Source of the DNA: a virus
Length of the DNA: 19,774 bases
Virus genome (UHGV): UHGV-0311028
Reading direction: 5' to 3' (one strand)
Part shown: piece by piece, positions 1-7,724 of the stretch
How the letters are laid out: each line of letters starts with the position of its first letter
How positions within the stretch are numbered: the first letter of the stretch is position 1
Translations under genes and position numbers: made by a program
The notes under the pieces: generated by a model
Told to the model about the DNA's origin: nothing
The model's database searches: none
The model's input: only the letters and a program-made list of their open reading frames with translations

Positions 1-260
1 ATGCTGTGGCATTGCAGCAGATTAAAGAGCGTGGCGCTTTACCGATGATTGATCGCGGTGATATTCGTCAGGCTATTGATCGTTGCAGCAATATTTGGGC
101 TTCATTGCCCGGTGCTGGCTACGGTCAGTATGAACACAAGATCGATAGTCTGATTGCCAAATTCAAAGAAGCTGGCGGGAGAGAAGTCTTTCAGGCCAAG
201 CTGCTTGCGGTAGGCATCCCACCAACGGGAAAGAAGCTGGTAGCGTCCGGCGGCTGTTGA
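1..260 (+). pseudogene. Endolysin 3' fragment (lambda R-type lytic transglycosylase, approx. codons 91-150), truncated; runs off the window start
   Basis: Plus-strand frame reads ...AVALQQIKERGALPMIDRGDIRQAIDRCSNIWASLPGAGYGQYEHKIDSLIAKFKEAGG up to nt 179, which I recognise from memory as the C-terminal half of lambda R-family endolysin. After nt 179 the frame runs into the reverse complement of the opposing fragment and stops at 260. The first in-window codon at 6-8 is GTG (Val of DAVALQQ), so the gene continues upstream of the window. Confidence 0.7.
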
Positions 261-440
261 TTTGAGTTTGGGGTTTAGCGTGACAAGTTTGCGAGGGTGA
301 TCGGAGTAATCAGTGAAGAGTTCACCACCGACAATAATATCATAACCGTGGTTACGTGTCGGTTGTCGCCCGTTATCCGTTCCTTCTGACCATGCCACCA
401 TATCGAGGAAAGCTTTACGCTGAGGATTAAGATTTTGCAT
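102..440 (-). pseudogene. Endolysin 5' fragment (lambda R-type), codons 1-88 intact (nt 440->177), then out-of-frame read-through to a stop at 102
   Basis: Translation MQNLNPQRKAFLDMVAWSEGTDNGRQPTRNHGYDIIVGGELFTDYSDHPRKLVTLNPKLKSTAAGRYQLLSRWWDAYRKQLGLKDFSP matches the N-terminal 88 residues of lambda R from memory. Similarity ends at nt 177, where the expected KSQDAVALQQ continuation is replaced by ASFFEFGNQ..., the reverse complement of the other fragment. The ATG at 440-438 overlaps the holin stop. Confidence 0.7.
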
Positions 441-732
441 TTTTCACCCCTGTCAGTCGTTCCCAGAAGTACGTCAGTGCAACCGAACCCATCGCACCAC
501 TAATCCCCGCTGTCGCGAGAATCATGTAAATACTGAATCCACTTTCGATGCTGATCAGGCCACCAATAACACCGGTGAATCCTGATACCACTATCTGAGC
601 CAGAGCATTTATCCAACTCCACGTTGCTTTACTCTGCTTCACATCTATCAGGTAGCGGACCAGACCGCCCCAACCTGCGATGATCAGCAAAACGAGCCAG
701 AATGCTCCAGCAAGATTCTCTTTTTCGTGCAT
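427..732 (-). CDS. Putative class I holin (three predicted TM segments); start uncertain (ORF extends to 831)
   Basis: About 100 aa with three hydrophobic stretches (AFWLVLLIIAGWGGLV, WINALAQIVVSGFTGVIGGLI, FSIYMILATAGISGAMGSVALTYFW) and a short charged C-terminus. Sits immediately upstream of and overlapping the endolysin start, downstream of Q. The first ATG at 831 has no SD and directly abuts a terminator hairpin, so the internal ATG at 732-730 (MHEKEN...) is preferred. Confidence 0.55.
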   Translation of the reverse strand: MHEKENLAGAFWLVLLIIAGWGGLVRYLIDVKQSKATWSWINALAQIVVSGFTGVIGGLISIESGFSIYMILATAGISGAMGSVALTYFWERLTGVKNAKS

Positions 733-843
733 ATGAATAGCCGCAGTTTCGCCTCCGACAGAAAATCGGAGCGTGAAATGATATGTTGATTTATTATTAA
801 TTCGAAAATTACATTCTAATTCATCAGGCATTGATGATTTTAT

Positions 844-878
844 AATAATAAAGGCCGTTCGTTACGGCCTTTATTATT
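844..878. terminator. Perfect 15-bp inverted repeat hairpin (AATAATAAAGGCCGT / ACGGCCTTTATTATT, 5-nt loop), bidirectional terminator-like
   Basis: Read directly from the sequence at 844-858 and 864-878. A GC-rich core is flanked by A/T runs on both sides. Lies between the Q-proximal moron and the holin. Confidence 0.55.
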
Positions 879-883
879 GATAT

Positions 884-1219
884 TTATTTTACATCCCAAG
901 GTAGTTCCTCAAGAGAGAAGACTAATTCATTATCAATGATTTCGTATTCTGCATAACCTTCAACCTCTCCTGAGAAGTTATTGTCAACGCATCCTTCATA
1001 ATAGCTATATGGTGCTATAAAGTGAAACCCATATTCATCTATCTCTGTGATTTCAAAATTGTAGTAATCGTAAGAATATCGAATATCATCATCAGAAATA
1101 GAACTAAGTACATAGTTATTAAATTTATCGGAATGCTTAACGATAAGCTCTGACAACGCGTCAAGATTCTCTGGAGAGATATTTCCTAACGGTAATCTGT
1201 ACTCAACGGCATTAATCAT
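884..1219 (-). CDS. Hypothetical acidic protein (moron between Q/late promoter and holin)
   Basis: 111-codon ORF with a strong SD (AAAAAGGAGGTTGT before the ATG). AT-rich relative to neighbours. The product is rich in D/E and aromatic residues (SYDYYNFEITEIDEYGFHFIAPYSYYEG) with no family I recognise. Bracketed by terminator hairpins at 1271-1296 and 844-878. Confidence 0.6.
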   Translation of the reverse strand: MINAVEYRLPLGNISPENLDALSELIVKHSDKFNNYVLSSISDDDIRYSYDYYNFEITEIDEYGFHFIAPYSYYEGCVDNNFSGEVEGYAEYEIIDNELVFSLEELPWDVK

Positions 1220-1270
1220 ACAACCTCCTTTTTAACTGATATGAGGTTATATAATGTGTTTCAGTACAAG

Positions 1271-1296
1271 TAAATAAAAACCCGCTCAACAGCGGG
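1271..1296 (-). terminator. Rho-independent terminator (tR'-like) downstream of the putative late promoter
   Basis: Minus-strand hairpin CCCGCT-GTTG-AGCGGG followed by TTTTTATTTA (plus strand 1271-1296: taaataaaaacccgctcaacagcggg). Confidence 0.6.
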
Positions 1297-1344
1297 TTCG
1301 TGAAAATTATCAACGGCAGACATACAAAGCCCATCGTTGAGAAA

Positions 1345-1373
1345 ATCTTATCCATATTTTTTGAAAAATGCAA
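1345..1373 (-). promoter_or_regulatory. Candidate late promoter (pR'-like) just downstream of Q
   Basis: On the minus strand: TTGCAT, a 17-bp spacer, then TAAGAT. Located between the Q stop (1405) and the tR'-like terminator, which is the lambdoid pR'-qut-tR' arrangement. Assigned by motif and position only. Confidence 0.35.
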
Positions 1374-1404
1374 GCTTCATGTCGCCATCTTCGGCGAAAA
1401 TCAC

Positions 1405-2157
1405 TTATCTCGTCACCTTTCTCAATTGCGTTTCAGCATATGCTTCTTCCTGCCAGCACTTTGTTACTAGTTTATCAATTACGTCTGCATATCCTTTGTA
1501 CCACTGATAATCAGTCAGGTCTGGAACCAGCTTCTGGACATGACGTCGTGCCAGTGTAGTTGGTAAACGGCTAAACCGGTTTCCATTGCAACGCCCACAA
1601 ATCTTATAAACAGGCGTGCCATGAAGCCGGGTCCTTTTTTCATCCAGGACAATACCTTTACCCTTACACCCTCTGCACGCTGTGCTGACTTCTCCCTTAC
1701 CATGACAATGCTGACATAGTTCCTTCACCCACTCTTCCTTGATAACAGATTCCCCGCTTCTGGAGTGTTTCACCACCTCGCGCAATACATTATGAAATCC
1801 AGTACCAGCACAATGCTCACAGCGAGCCTTACTTGCCGCAGACCTGGAATAATCAGCAAAGGCAAAATTCACAAGGTAAGGAATGATCTGTAGCCGGGTT
1901 TCTTCACTCAATTTATTCAATGTCGGGTTATCCAGTGCCATCGCGTAATTGAGCAGACCTTCAATCGCAAACTGAGGATCCTGAACACCAACTTTTGCCA
2001 GGAATAAGGCAAACCCAAGCGGTGCTTTCGACTGCACCATCCCCTGCGCAGCCATCACATCCGTAATCGTTAAACCACCAGAGCCTGTCGCCGGTGCGTC
2101 ATCGCTCAGTTTTGGAGATTTCGGGGAGTAATATTTCGGTAAGGCTTCAAGGTTCAT
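1405..2157 (-). CDS. Late-gene antiterminator Q (Qin/quuQ-like family)
   Basis: 250-aa product with Cys-rich zinc-binding motifs (CEHCAGTG, CQHCHGKGE, CRGCKGKG, CGRCNG). N-terminus MNLEALPKYYSPKSPKLSDDAPATG... matches the Q-like antiterminators of E. coli lambdoid prophages as I recall them. Sits directly upstream of the late promoter/terminator and lysis genes. SD GGAGAA precedes the ATG. Confidence 0.8.
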   Translation of the reverse strand: MNLEALPKYYSPKSPKLSDDAPATGSGGLTITDVMAAQGMVQSKAPLGFALFLAKVGVQDPQFAIEGLLNYAMALDNPTLNKLSEETRLQIIPYLVNFAFADYSRSAASKARCEHCAGTGFHNVLREVVKHSRSGESVIKEEWVKELCQHCHGKGEVSTACRGCKGKGIVLDEKRTRLHGTPVYKICGRCNGNRFSRLPTTLARRHVQKLVPDLTDYQWYKGYADVIDKLVTKCWQEEAYAETQLRKVTR

Positions 2158-2170
2158 GCTCGTTCTCCAC

Positions 2171-3166
2171 TTACGCCAGTACGCCTATTGCCAGCGCACG
2201 ATCGATAAAACGAAATATCAGCTCCAGCTGGGAACCATACTTCTCTTCAAATGCCACGGTATCCGCATGCAGCTCGTCGTGATGCTTTCTGCACAAAGGC
2301 AACACAAAGAGGTCATGCGCTTTTGTACCCATTCCCCCCTGACCGTGGCCTATCAGGTGGTGGGGATCATCAGCAGGCTTTCCACAACATGCACACGGCT
2401 GTGTCTTAACCCAGCGTGTGTACTTTTCATTAACCCAGCGGCGACGTTTTGGGCGTAACATAAAAGACTCCGGCGACTCCGGATCCACTTTCAGCGCCAG
2501 CACCTTTTTCACCTTATCCTGGATGATGCTGGTGGCAGGAACCGAAGGCACAAGGTCACTTTCCCGGGTGACAGACGGCACAACAGGCTTCGGTAATCTC
2601 AGTGCCTTACGGGCTGCACTTTCCGGTAAGGCATCCGCCAGGTCATTACGAATCAGCCACCAGCACAGTTCCGGCATTGTCACAACGTGACTGTCATCAA
2701 AACCGAGATCCCGACGCACAACAGACAACACCCAGCGGGCACAGTTATCCGTTGCCATTGATTCCAGCCGTTCCGTGAACTGATCGCGCAGCTGGTTATC
2801 GCAGTGCCAGCACAGACGGATTGCGCCCGGCGCGTGTCGCATTGTTGTCATATTCTCGCTGTGCCAGTCGGAATGAGGCCACTGGCAGCCTTTTTCACGA
2901 AGTAACCAGCTTTCAAGACATTCCACGCCACCAGCACGACGGATCACTGCCTCATTGCGGAACACGGCCCGAACGTCAGGATCATCCGCCAGCGGTTGTG
3001 ATGCCGCCGGAACAGCACCACTGGCGAAAGATGAATAACGTTCCGGCTCAGGCTCCAGCAGGACACGCCCCTGCATAAACAGGGGCATCAGCTCTGAACC
3101 TGGTCTGAACAATACGATCCCCATACGCGGGGCAATTTCAGGGGTCAGTAGTGCTCTCACGGTCAC
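2171..3166 (-). CDS. DUF968/YdfU-like prophage protein with HNH-like Cys/His motif; start codon uncertain (GTG at 3166)
   Basis: C-terminal CACCGKPADDPHHLIGHGQGGMGTKAHDLFVLPLCRKHHDELH resembles the HNH-type motif of DUF968 proteins found upstream of Q in Qin-type prophages (from memory). Tightly packed between the KilA-N gene and Q. Confidence 0.55.
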   Translation of the reverse strand: MTVRALLTPEIAPRMGIVLFRPGSELMPLFMQGRVLLEPEPERYSSFASGAVPAASQPLADDPDVRAVFRNEAVIRRAGGVECLESWLLREKGCQWPHSDWHSENMTTMRHAPGAIRLCWHCDNQLRDQFTERLESMATDNCARWVLSVVRRDLGFDDSHVVTMPELCWWLIRNDLADALPESAARKALRLPKPVVPSVTRESDLVPSVPATSIIQDKVKKVLALKVDPESPESFMLRPKRRRWVNEKYTRWVKTQPCACCGKPADDPHHLIGHGQGGMGTKAHDLFVLPLCRKHHDELHADTVAFEEKYGSQLELIFRFIDRALAIGVLA

Positions 3167-3167
3167 C

Positions 3168-3965
3168 TCAATGAACGGTATCGAGCAGCTTTAACAGCTC
3201 AGGGAATCGGGATTCGAAGAAATGCGGCTGCGTCTCACGCGGATTTGCGGGACTGGTGATATTCTTGCCGAACATGCAGCCTTTCGCTGTCAGCGACCAG
3301 AATTTTTTGATGTTGTTAATCGCTGTACGGCTGTATCGTTCGCGCTGTTCGACGATCCCCAGCTTCGCCATCTGGTGATATGCCTGATTAGCCGTAAGGC
3401 GGATACCATACTGCTTCAGCAGTGCACTCAGTGACAGCGTGGGGCGGCTTGAGCCATCAGGCGCGTCAGCAGGAGCATCAATGGCATAGCGCGGTGCCAG
3501 ATTCGGTAAGCCAACAGCCTCCTGAAGTTTCTGACAGGCTCCAAGCACTGAAGAGTTAGACAGATTTAACTCCCGGCGCATAAAGTCCAGCAGAATCACA
3601 CCAGCCTGCATCTTGTCAGCAGCCTGTCCGGATAATTTTTCCGGTGCGCTGGTTACCATGTCGAAAGTACGGATCACCTTCAGATGGAATGACGGGCTGA
3701 TCCACATTGCATAGGCATACACCAGTTCTTTGCAGACATACGTCCCCTGGTTATTTCCGCCACGAATAACGTTAACTGGCTCTATATTGACCGAGTTGCA
3801 AATCTGCAACTCGCTTATTAAACGTTCAGTTTGCTCATTGCGGAGCCAGAATGCAGGCTTATGCTTATCCAGAGAACCGGCAGCCCTGTGCAGATCGTTC
3901 AGGCTGTAACGCCCATAAGCATCACGACGAACTTCAATACCATCAATGACCATCAGATTATTCAT
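3168..3965 (-). CDS. KilA-N domain protein (putative antirepressor/Bro-like)
   Basis: N-terminus MNNLMVIDGIEVRRDAYGRYSLNDLHRA...GTYVCKELVYAYAMWISPSFHLKVIRTFD has the KilA-N/Bro-N pattern. Strong SD AGAGGAGAA. Stop lies 1 nt from the next gene. Confidence 0.55.
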   Translation of the reverse strand: MNNLMVIDGIEVRRDAYGRYSLNDLHRAAGSLDKHKPAFWLRNEQTERLISELQICNSVNIEPVNVIRGGNNQGTYVCKELVYAYAMWISPSFHLKVIRTFDMVTSAPEKLSGQAADKMQAGVILLDFMRRELNLSNSSVLGACQKLQEAVGLPNLAPRYAIDAPADAPDGSSRPTLSLSALLKQYGIRLTANQAYHQMAKLGIVEQRERYSRTAINNIKKFWSLTAKGCMFGKNITSPANPRETQPHFFESRFPELLKLLDTVH

Positions 3966-3984
3966 ACTTCGTTTCTCCTCTTAA

Positions 3985-4374
3985 TCAGGCGGCTGCACCC
4001 GCCGTTTTCTCGAACTTACTGATAGTGATCTCGACCTTCCCTTTCGGGATAACCGGTCCCCACTCAACCAGCATTCTTTTCACCTGACTGTCGTCTTCCC
4101 ACACACCCGCGTGGGTCAGGGCGTCAAACAGCGCCTTGTTATAGTTGTCCAGATCGCTGATCCGGTTATCCGGAGGAAACAACACGATCTCCACTGCAGA
4201 AGGTGTCGACATTGGTTTCGGCAGACGACGTAACTGCTCAACTATTGCTGCGCACGCCGCGCTCTGGAATTTTCGCCCCGCCGCGCTTATCAGGCTCTTA
4301 CCTGCAAACGCCCCTTTGTTGGGGTGTCGCCAGTACGTGTTCACGCTGGGCGGAAAAGGCAGGATCAGCTTCAT
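3985..4374 (-). CDS. rusA: RusA-family Holliday junction resolvase
   Basis: 129-aa product MKLILPFPPSVNTYWRH...DLDNYNKALFDALTHAGVWEDDSQV has the conserved RusA pattern (PPS-N-Y motif and acidic catalytic residues). ATGA overlap with the upstream gene. Confidence 0.7.
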   Translation of the reverse strand: MKLILPFPPSVNTYWRHPNKGAFAGKSLISAAGRKFQSAACAAIVEQLRRLPKPMSTPSAVEIVLFPPDNRISDLDNYNKALFDALTHAGVWEDDSQVKRMLVEWGPVIPKGKVEITISKFEKTAGAAA

Positions 4375-4658
4375 GCTTTCAGGCCTCTCTCATGTAACCA
4401 GTGGGTTGCACGCAGCCTTGCGTTTTCCTCACCAGCAAGCAGTGAGCGGATAATCCCGACCGCCTCGCTGTCGTCGTCCTTCACCGCGGTATGAAGCGTT
4501 ATCCCCCGGGCCACGCCACGCTTTATCGTGATGACACCTTTTTTCTCCAGTGCGCGAAGATGCTCCACCGCTGCATTCACTGAACGGTATCCCAGCATGG
4601 TTGCCACCTCCTGATTGGTTGGCGGGAAACCACGTTCTTTCTGATAAGAAATCAGCAT
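4371..4658 (-). CDS. LexA-like winged-HTH DNA-binding protein lacking a peptidase domain; start ATG 4658 preferred over GTG 4667
   Basis: Product ...ISYQKERGFPPTNQEVATMLGYRSVNAAVEHLRALEKKGVITIKRGVARGITL aligns to the LexA N-terminal DNA-binding domain (...[36 protein letters not shown]...) from memory. No S24 domain follows. Confidence 0.5.
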   Translation of the reverse strand: MLISYQKERGFPPTNQEVATMLGYRSVNAAVEHLRALEKKGVITIKRGVARGITLHTAVKDDDSEAVGIIRSLLAGEENARLRATHWLHERGLKA

Positions 4659-4693
4659 ATCCAGCACCTGCTACTGGCATTGAGTTAACGTCG

Positions 4694-5347
4694 TCATGCC
4701 GCCATCTCCCTGACCAGTTTTTCTGCCTGCTGGCGAACCTGCGCCAGAAAGGCCTCACCACATGCCTCAAGTTCATCGCGCCCGATGTAGCTGATTGCCG
4801 CTCCCTTCCAGGTCTTGTCGAAAACAGCAATAGCACCAGCGAAGAAAGCGCCTGTCGGCACCTGCTTCTCGTCTTTCGGGATAAACCAGGCAGGCAGTTC
4901 AAAACCAATACGCCCGCGAATAAAAGCAATATGATCTGCATCTTCCGGCCACCACACTTCGCTGGTGGCAGCTTTGATCAGGAAAACATAGCGACCGCCT
5001 TTATCACGCATGGAACTGGCATGCTTCATTATGTAACGCATGCCAGTGATGTATTGCCCCTCATGCTGACTGGCGCGGCTGTATGGGGGATTACCAAAGG
5101 CAGCACCTTTAAGCTCCGCAAGACGTTCTGACCAGTCATGCGCCAGCGCATTGTCTTCCGCCGTGTAATACGCGGCACATTTGGCGTTATCACCGTCGGT
5201 GAACAGATCCAGAACAAACGGGCCAAACAGGGTGTTAATTCCCCAGAAAATGTTGTCCGGCGTGCGCCACTGATCGCCCACTTCCTTCAGTTCATGGGCT
5301 GGTTTGTTCCGCAGTTCCACCAGCGCCTGGCAATATTTATTACTCAT
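4694..5347 (-). CDS. Phage DNA N6-adenine methyltransferase (Dam-like)
   Basis: Contains the NPPY catalytic motif (AAFGNPPYSRA), typical of phage Dam N6-adenine methyltransferases. ATG at 5347-5345 with SD GTGGGGG, overlapping the upstream stop (TAATG). The ORF-track GTG start at 5380 is less likely. Confidence 0.65.
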   Translation of the reverse strand: MSNKYCQALVELRNKPAHELKEVGDQWRTPDNIFWGINTLFGPFVLDLFTDGDNAKCAAYYTAEDNALAHDWSERLAELKGAAFGNPPYSRASQHEGQYITGMRYIMKHASSMRDKGGRYVFLIKAATSEVWWPEDADHIAFIRGRIGFELPAWFIPKDEKQVPTGAFFAGAIAVFDKTWKGAAISYIGRDELEACGEAFLAQVRQQAEKLVREMAA

Positions 5348-5835
5348 TAAGCCCCCACGTAATTCCCTGACAGATACCACTCTTCACCCGATGCAGCGCG
5401 CTTGCTGCTTTTCCGTAAGCACCGCTCACGACGCGCCAGAAAATTGTTTCGTTCTGGCTGGGAGTGGCTTTCACGGAATGCCGCCATCCACACCGTTGCA
5501 GCACGACGGTATAAGCCCCTGGACTCCAGTTCTTCCGCCTGGCGGGTCAGGCACAAAATCTCCCGCGGGTCGTTAGTGCCGACATAGAAATTGCGCACAG
5601 GTCTGGTTTCACGAACTGGTTGCGGTTCCGCCTCCTGCGCTCTCTCAGTCAGACGCGGGAAATGTCTGCGTGTATCCCCTTCACAACGGTGAGCCACACG
5701 ACCACTCTGACGTAACTTGCTTGCTGACTGCAGAACGCGCTGCCGTGAGTAACCTGCAAAAGCATCCGCAATGTCTCCGGAAGTACACCCCGGATGGGCT
5801 TCAATGTATTTCTGAACTTCATTCAAAAGACTCAT
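5347..5835 (-). CDS. Putative transcriptional regulator (winged-helix N-terminus; PerC/ANR-like C-terminal motif); functional assignment tentative
   Basis: Translationally coupled to the replication initiator (GGGGGTGATCATG). C-terminal YRRAATVWMAAF...ERNNF...RRERC resembles PerC/ANR-type regulators as I recall them. It is not a recognisable helicase loader. Confidence 0.35.
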   Translation of the reverse strand: MSLLNEVQKYIEAHPGCTSGDIADAFAGYSRQRVLQSASKLRQSGRVAHRCEGDTRRHFPRLTERAQEAEPQPVRETRPVRNFYVGTNDPREILCLTRQAEELESRGLYRRAATVWMAAFRESHSQPERNNFLARRERCLRKSSKRAASGEEWYLSGNYVGA

Positions 5836-5837
5836 GA

Positions 5838-6779
5838 TCACCCCCTGAATCCTGCCGGGATCTGGCTGTAGTCCACGTTGTCGTAACTGGCTTTGAAGTA
5901 CGGGTCTTCGCGTTTTTCGGTGTACGTGCTGACGGACGGCGATAAGCGCAGGGAAAGCTCATCCCATTTTTCCCGCAGCTTCGACGGGCTGAGCACGTTA
6001 CGGCACCAGAACGGATCGCGGCTGACGCGGCTGTACATCTCGCAGATTTGTTTGTGAGTACGACCATCCTGCACACACATCAGGCGAATTTCGTTTGCCC
6101 AGGCTGTCCAGTTCGGTTCTTTGGGACGAACCACCTCGCCGTCACATTCGGCGGCTTGCTCGTACAGGGCGATGATTTTTTTCCAGAGCCACTGTGCGCA
6201 GGTCAAATCATCCTGCGTCCCCCACTGGCGCTTTTTAGGGCTGAATACAACCGCATCAGGATGGCGAGTTAAAAAATCCTGTTCAGCCTTCTGCGTGTCC
6301 GGTTGCGAAGCGTCCGGACGAGAAGTTTTTTTATCTGACGGATCATGTTTTGATTTTACTGACGGATCCCCGCCAGATTCTGACGGGTGAAAACCCGCTT
6401 TTTTGACAGATTTCGACGCATCAAATTTTGACGGGTCAGATTTTGATGCGTCAGATTTTGACGGGTCAGAATCTGACAGTTGAGAAAAAGCCGCAGCCTG
6501 AAGCTTCGCAACGTTAAGCTGATAAACATTCGACGCATTGCGGTTACCCTGGCGACGCGCCTTACGCGTTAACCAGCCTTCTGCTTCCAGCCGTGCGATA
6601 GCCGTTCTGACGGTACTCATCCCCGCGCCAATCTGGCGGGCAATGGTTTCAATTGATGGCCAGCACACACCTTCGTCATTACTGAAATCAGCCAGGCGTG
6701 CCATAATTGCCACGCTGGATAATTTCATGCCTGACGCTGCGCAACCATCCCATACATAGCCGGTTAATTTAGTGCTCAT
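5838..6779 (-). CDS. Replication initiator (O-like) with N-terminal winged-HTH; ori iterons embedded in the coding sequence
   Basis: N-terminal HTH (LSSVAIMARLADFSNDEGVCWPSIETIARQIGAGMSTVRTAIARLEAEGWL). The central region encodes the 5-aa periodic peptide DPSKSDASKSDPSKFDASKS from tandem 15-bp DNA repeats. SD AGAGGT before the ATG at 6779. Lies downstream of cro/CII-like genes as in the lambdoid cro-cII-O order. Confidence 0.6.
   Translation of the reverse strand: MSTKLTGYVWDGCAASGMKLSSVAIMARLADFSNDEGVCWPSIETIARQIGAGMSTVRTAIARLEAEGWLTRKARRQGNRNASNVYQLNVAKLQAAAFSQLSDSDPSKSDASKSDPSKFDASKSVKKAGFHPSESGGDPSVKSKHDPSDKKTSRPDASQPDTQKAEQDFLTRHPDAVVFSPKKRQWGTQDDLTCAQWLWKKIIALYEQAAECDGEVVRPKEPNWTAWANEIRLMCVQDGRTHKQICEMYSRVSRDPFWCRNVLSPSKLREKWDELSLRLSPSVSTYTEKREDPYFKASYDNVDYSQIPAGFRG
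6396..6485. repeat. Tandem 15-bp iterons (TTTTGACGGGTCAGA-type) = putative ori; further TCTGACGG motifs at 6335-6390; AT-rich stretch at about 6300-6330
   Basis: Read directly: 6426-6440 TTTTGACGGGTCAGA, 6441-6455 TTTTGATGCGTCAGA, 6456-6470 TTTTGACGGGTCAGA, with degenerate copies on both sides. Each unit contains an imperfect palindrome TGAC-GGG-TCA. Confidence 0.6.
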
Positions 6780-6788
6780 GACCGACCT

Positions 6789-7127
6789 CTATTTCCCTGA
6801 ATTTACGACGAAACTGTTCGAGCGGACTGAAGCATTCATGCTCATAGCCTTCGCGGAGGTAGATAACCCGTTGTGTTTCCGGCTCCCAACGAATGACTCT
6901 GACGGGTACTCCGTAGTGATCTTTGAACCAGCGGTTAACTTGTCGCAAAGGACTGTCTCCTTTTGCCGGTTAAAATCACCCACAGCCCACTCTGCAAAGC
7001 TGTGGGTTACAATTACCCTGCCACCTGGTACATTTACTGCATAGCAATACTCCACCTTCGCTTTTCCACCCGGTACAGGAAGCGCAATCAGTTGCGAGCG
7101 ACGGTAGTGTGTTGTTAAACTGTTCAT
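6789..7127 (-). CDS. Hypothetical protein (between the CII-like gene and the replication initiator)
   Basis: The ATG at 7127-7125 overlaps the stop of the upstream gene (ATGA coupling). Same strand as the whole operon. The competing plus-strand ORF 6772-7044 has no such support. Confidence 0.4.
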   Translation of the reverse strand: MNSLTTHYRRSQLIALPVPGGKAKVEYCYAVNVPGGRVIVTHSFAEWAVGDFNRQKETVLCDKLTAGSKITTEYPSESFVGSRKHNGLSTSAKAMSMNASVRSNSFVVNSGK

Positions 7128-7693
7128 GCGTTAGTTTCTCCACAACCAGAAGCAATCGACGCCACGACGCCCGGAGCTGCACACTCGCGGGCGTCATTAC
7201 TTTCTGAAATGCAAAAAATTTTGTAGACAAGTGCTGCATGCTCCTGCAGCTTCGAAATTGAGAGATACAGCTCGTCGTTAATTGCTGTCTTCTCATGCGG
7301 TTCCACTACACCGTCTTCGATTGCTGAACGAATCTGTTTTGAATAACTGCCGATCTGTTCAATGACTTCCAGCAGACGCTGGTTAATATCGGCGTTGTCC
7401 ACATCCTCGACGTCAGGAAGAGACACAAAGACGCCATTTGCAGACTGCGCCACAGCATCAGCAATGAAGTGAGTGCCACCAGCACGCTGTAAAACCATTG
7501 CCCATCCCAGCGGGAAAATCTGATCGCCATCTGCACGAAGGCGGTTGAATAAAGCGTTTTCTGTTACATCGAGCCAGTCAGCCGCTTCAGCGTAACCACC
7601 CGGCAACGCCGCGATAGTTTTTCTGACAGCTTTCACGTACCACTCAGGCTGTTTTTCTATTTTCCAGTGATGCTTACCCACGATTAGCCTCAT
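7124..7693 (-). CDS. CII-like phage regulatory protein (CP76/YdaT family), tentative
   Basis: Segment [39 protein letters not shown] resembles the conserved core of phage 186 CII-type (CP76) regulators as recalled. Located immediately downstream of cro. Confidence 0.4.
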   Translation of the reverse strand: MRLIVGKHHWKIEKQPEWYVKAVRKTIAALPGGYAEAADWLDVTENALFNRLRADGDQIFPLGWAMVLQRAGGTHFIADAVAQSANGVFVSLPDVEDVDNADINQRLLEVIEQIGSYSKQIRSAIEDGVVEPHEKTAINDELYLSISKLQEHAALVYKIFCISESNDARECAAPGVVASIASGCGETNA

Positions 7694-7724
7694 CGTTCTG
7701 TGGTTAAAAATTGAAAGTGTTCTG

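Noticed and set aside
884-1219. Shiga toxin or other known toxin in the Q-to-holin slot
   Set aside because: The single 111-aa ORF has no signal peptide, no A/B subunit pair, and is acidic. The slot is the same but the content is not Stx-like.
2094-3078. Plus-strand ORFs 2094-2282, 2156-2458, 2418-2690 and 2821-3078
   Set aside because: Antisense shadows of the Q and DUF968 genes, with no start-site support.
4429-5131. Overlapping ORFs 4429-4941 (-) and 4550-5131 (+)
   Set aside because: Both lie out of frame or antisense within the Dam and LexA-like coding region, and their products are low-complexity (Arg/Ser/Gly-rich). Treated as shadow ORFs.
6330-6485. Tandem direct repeats that could be mistaken for a CRISPR array
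   Set aside because: Units are 15 bp with no intervening unique spacers of regular length. They lie inside a coding gene and have the iteron character (internal TGAC..TCA dyad) expected for a phage ori.
6772-7044. Plus-strand 90-codon ORF overlapping the minus-strand 112-codon ORF
   Set aside because: The minus-strand frame is translationally coupled (ATGA) to the upstream CII-like gene and follows operon polarity. The plus-strand ORF has no SD or context support.
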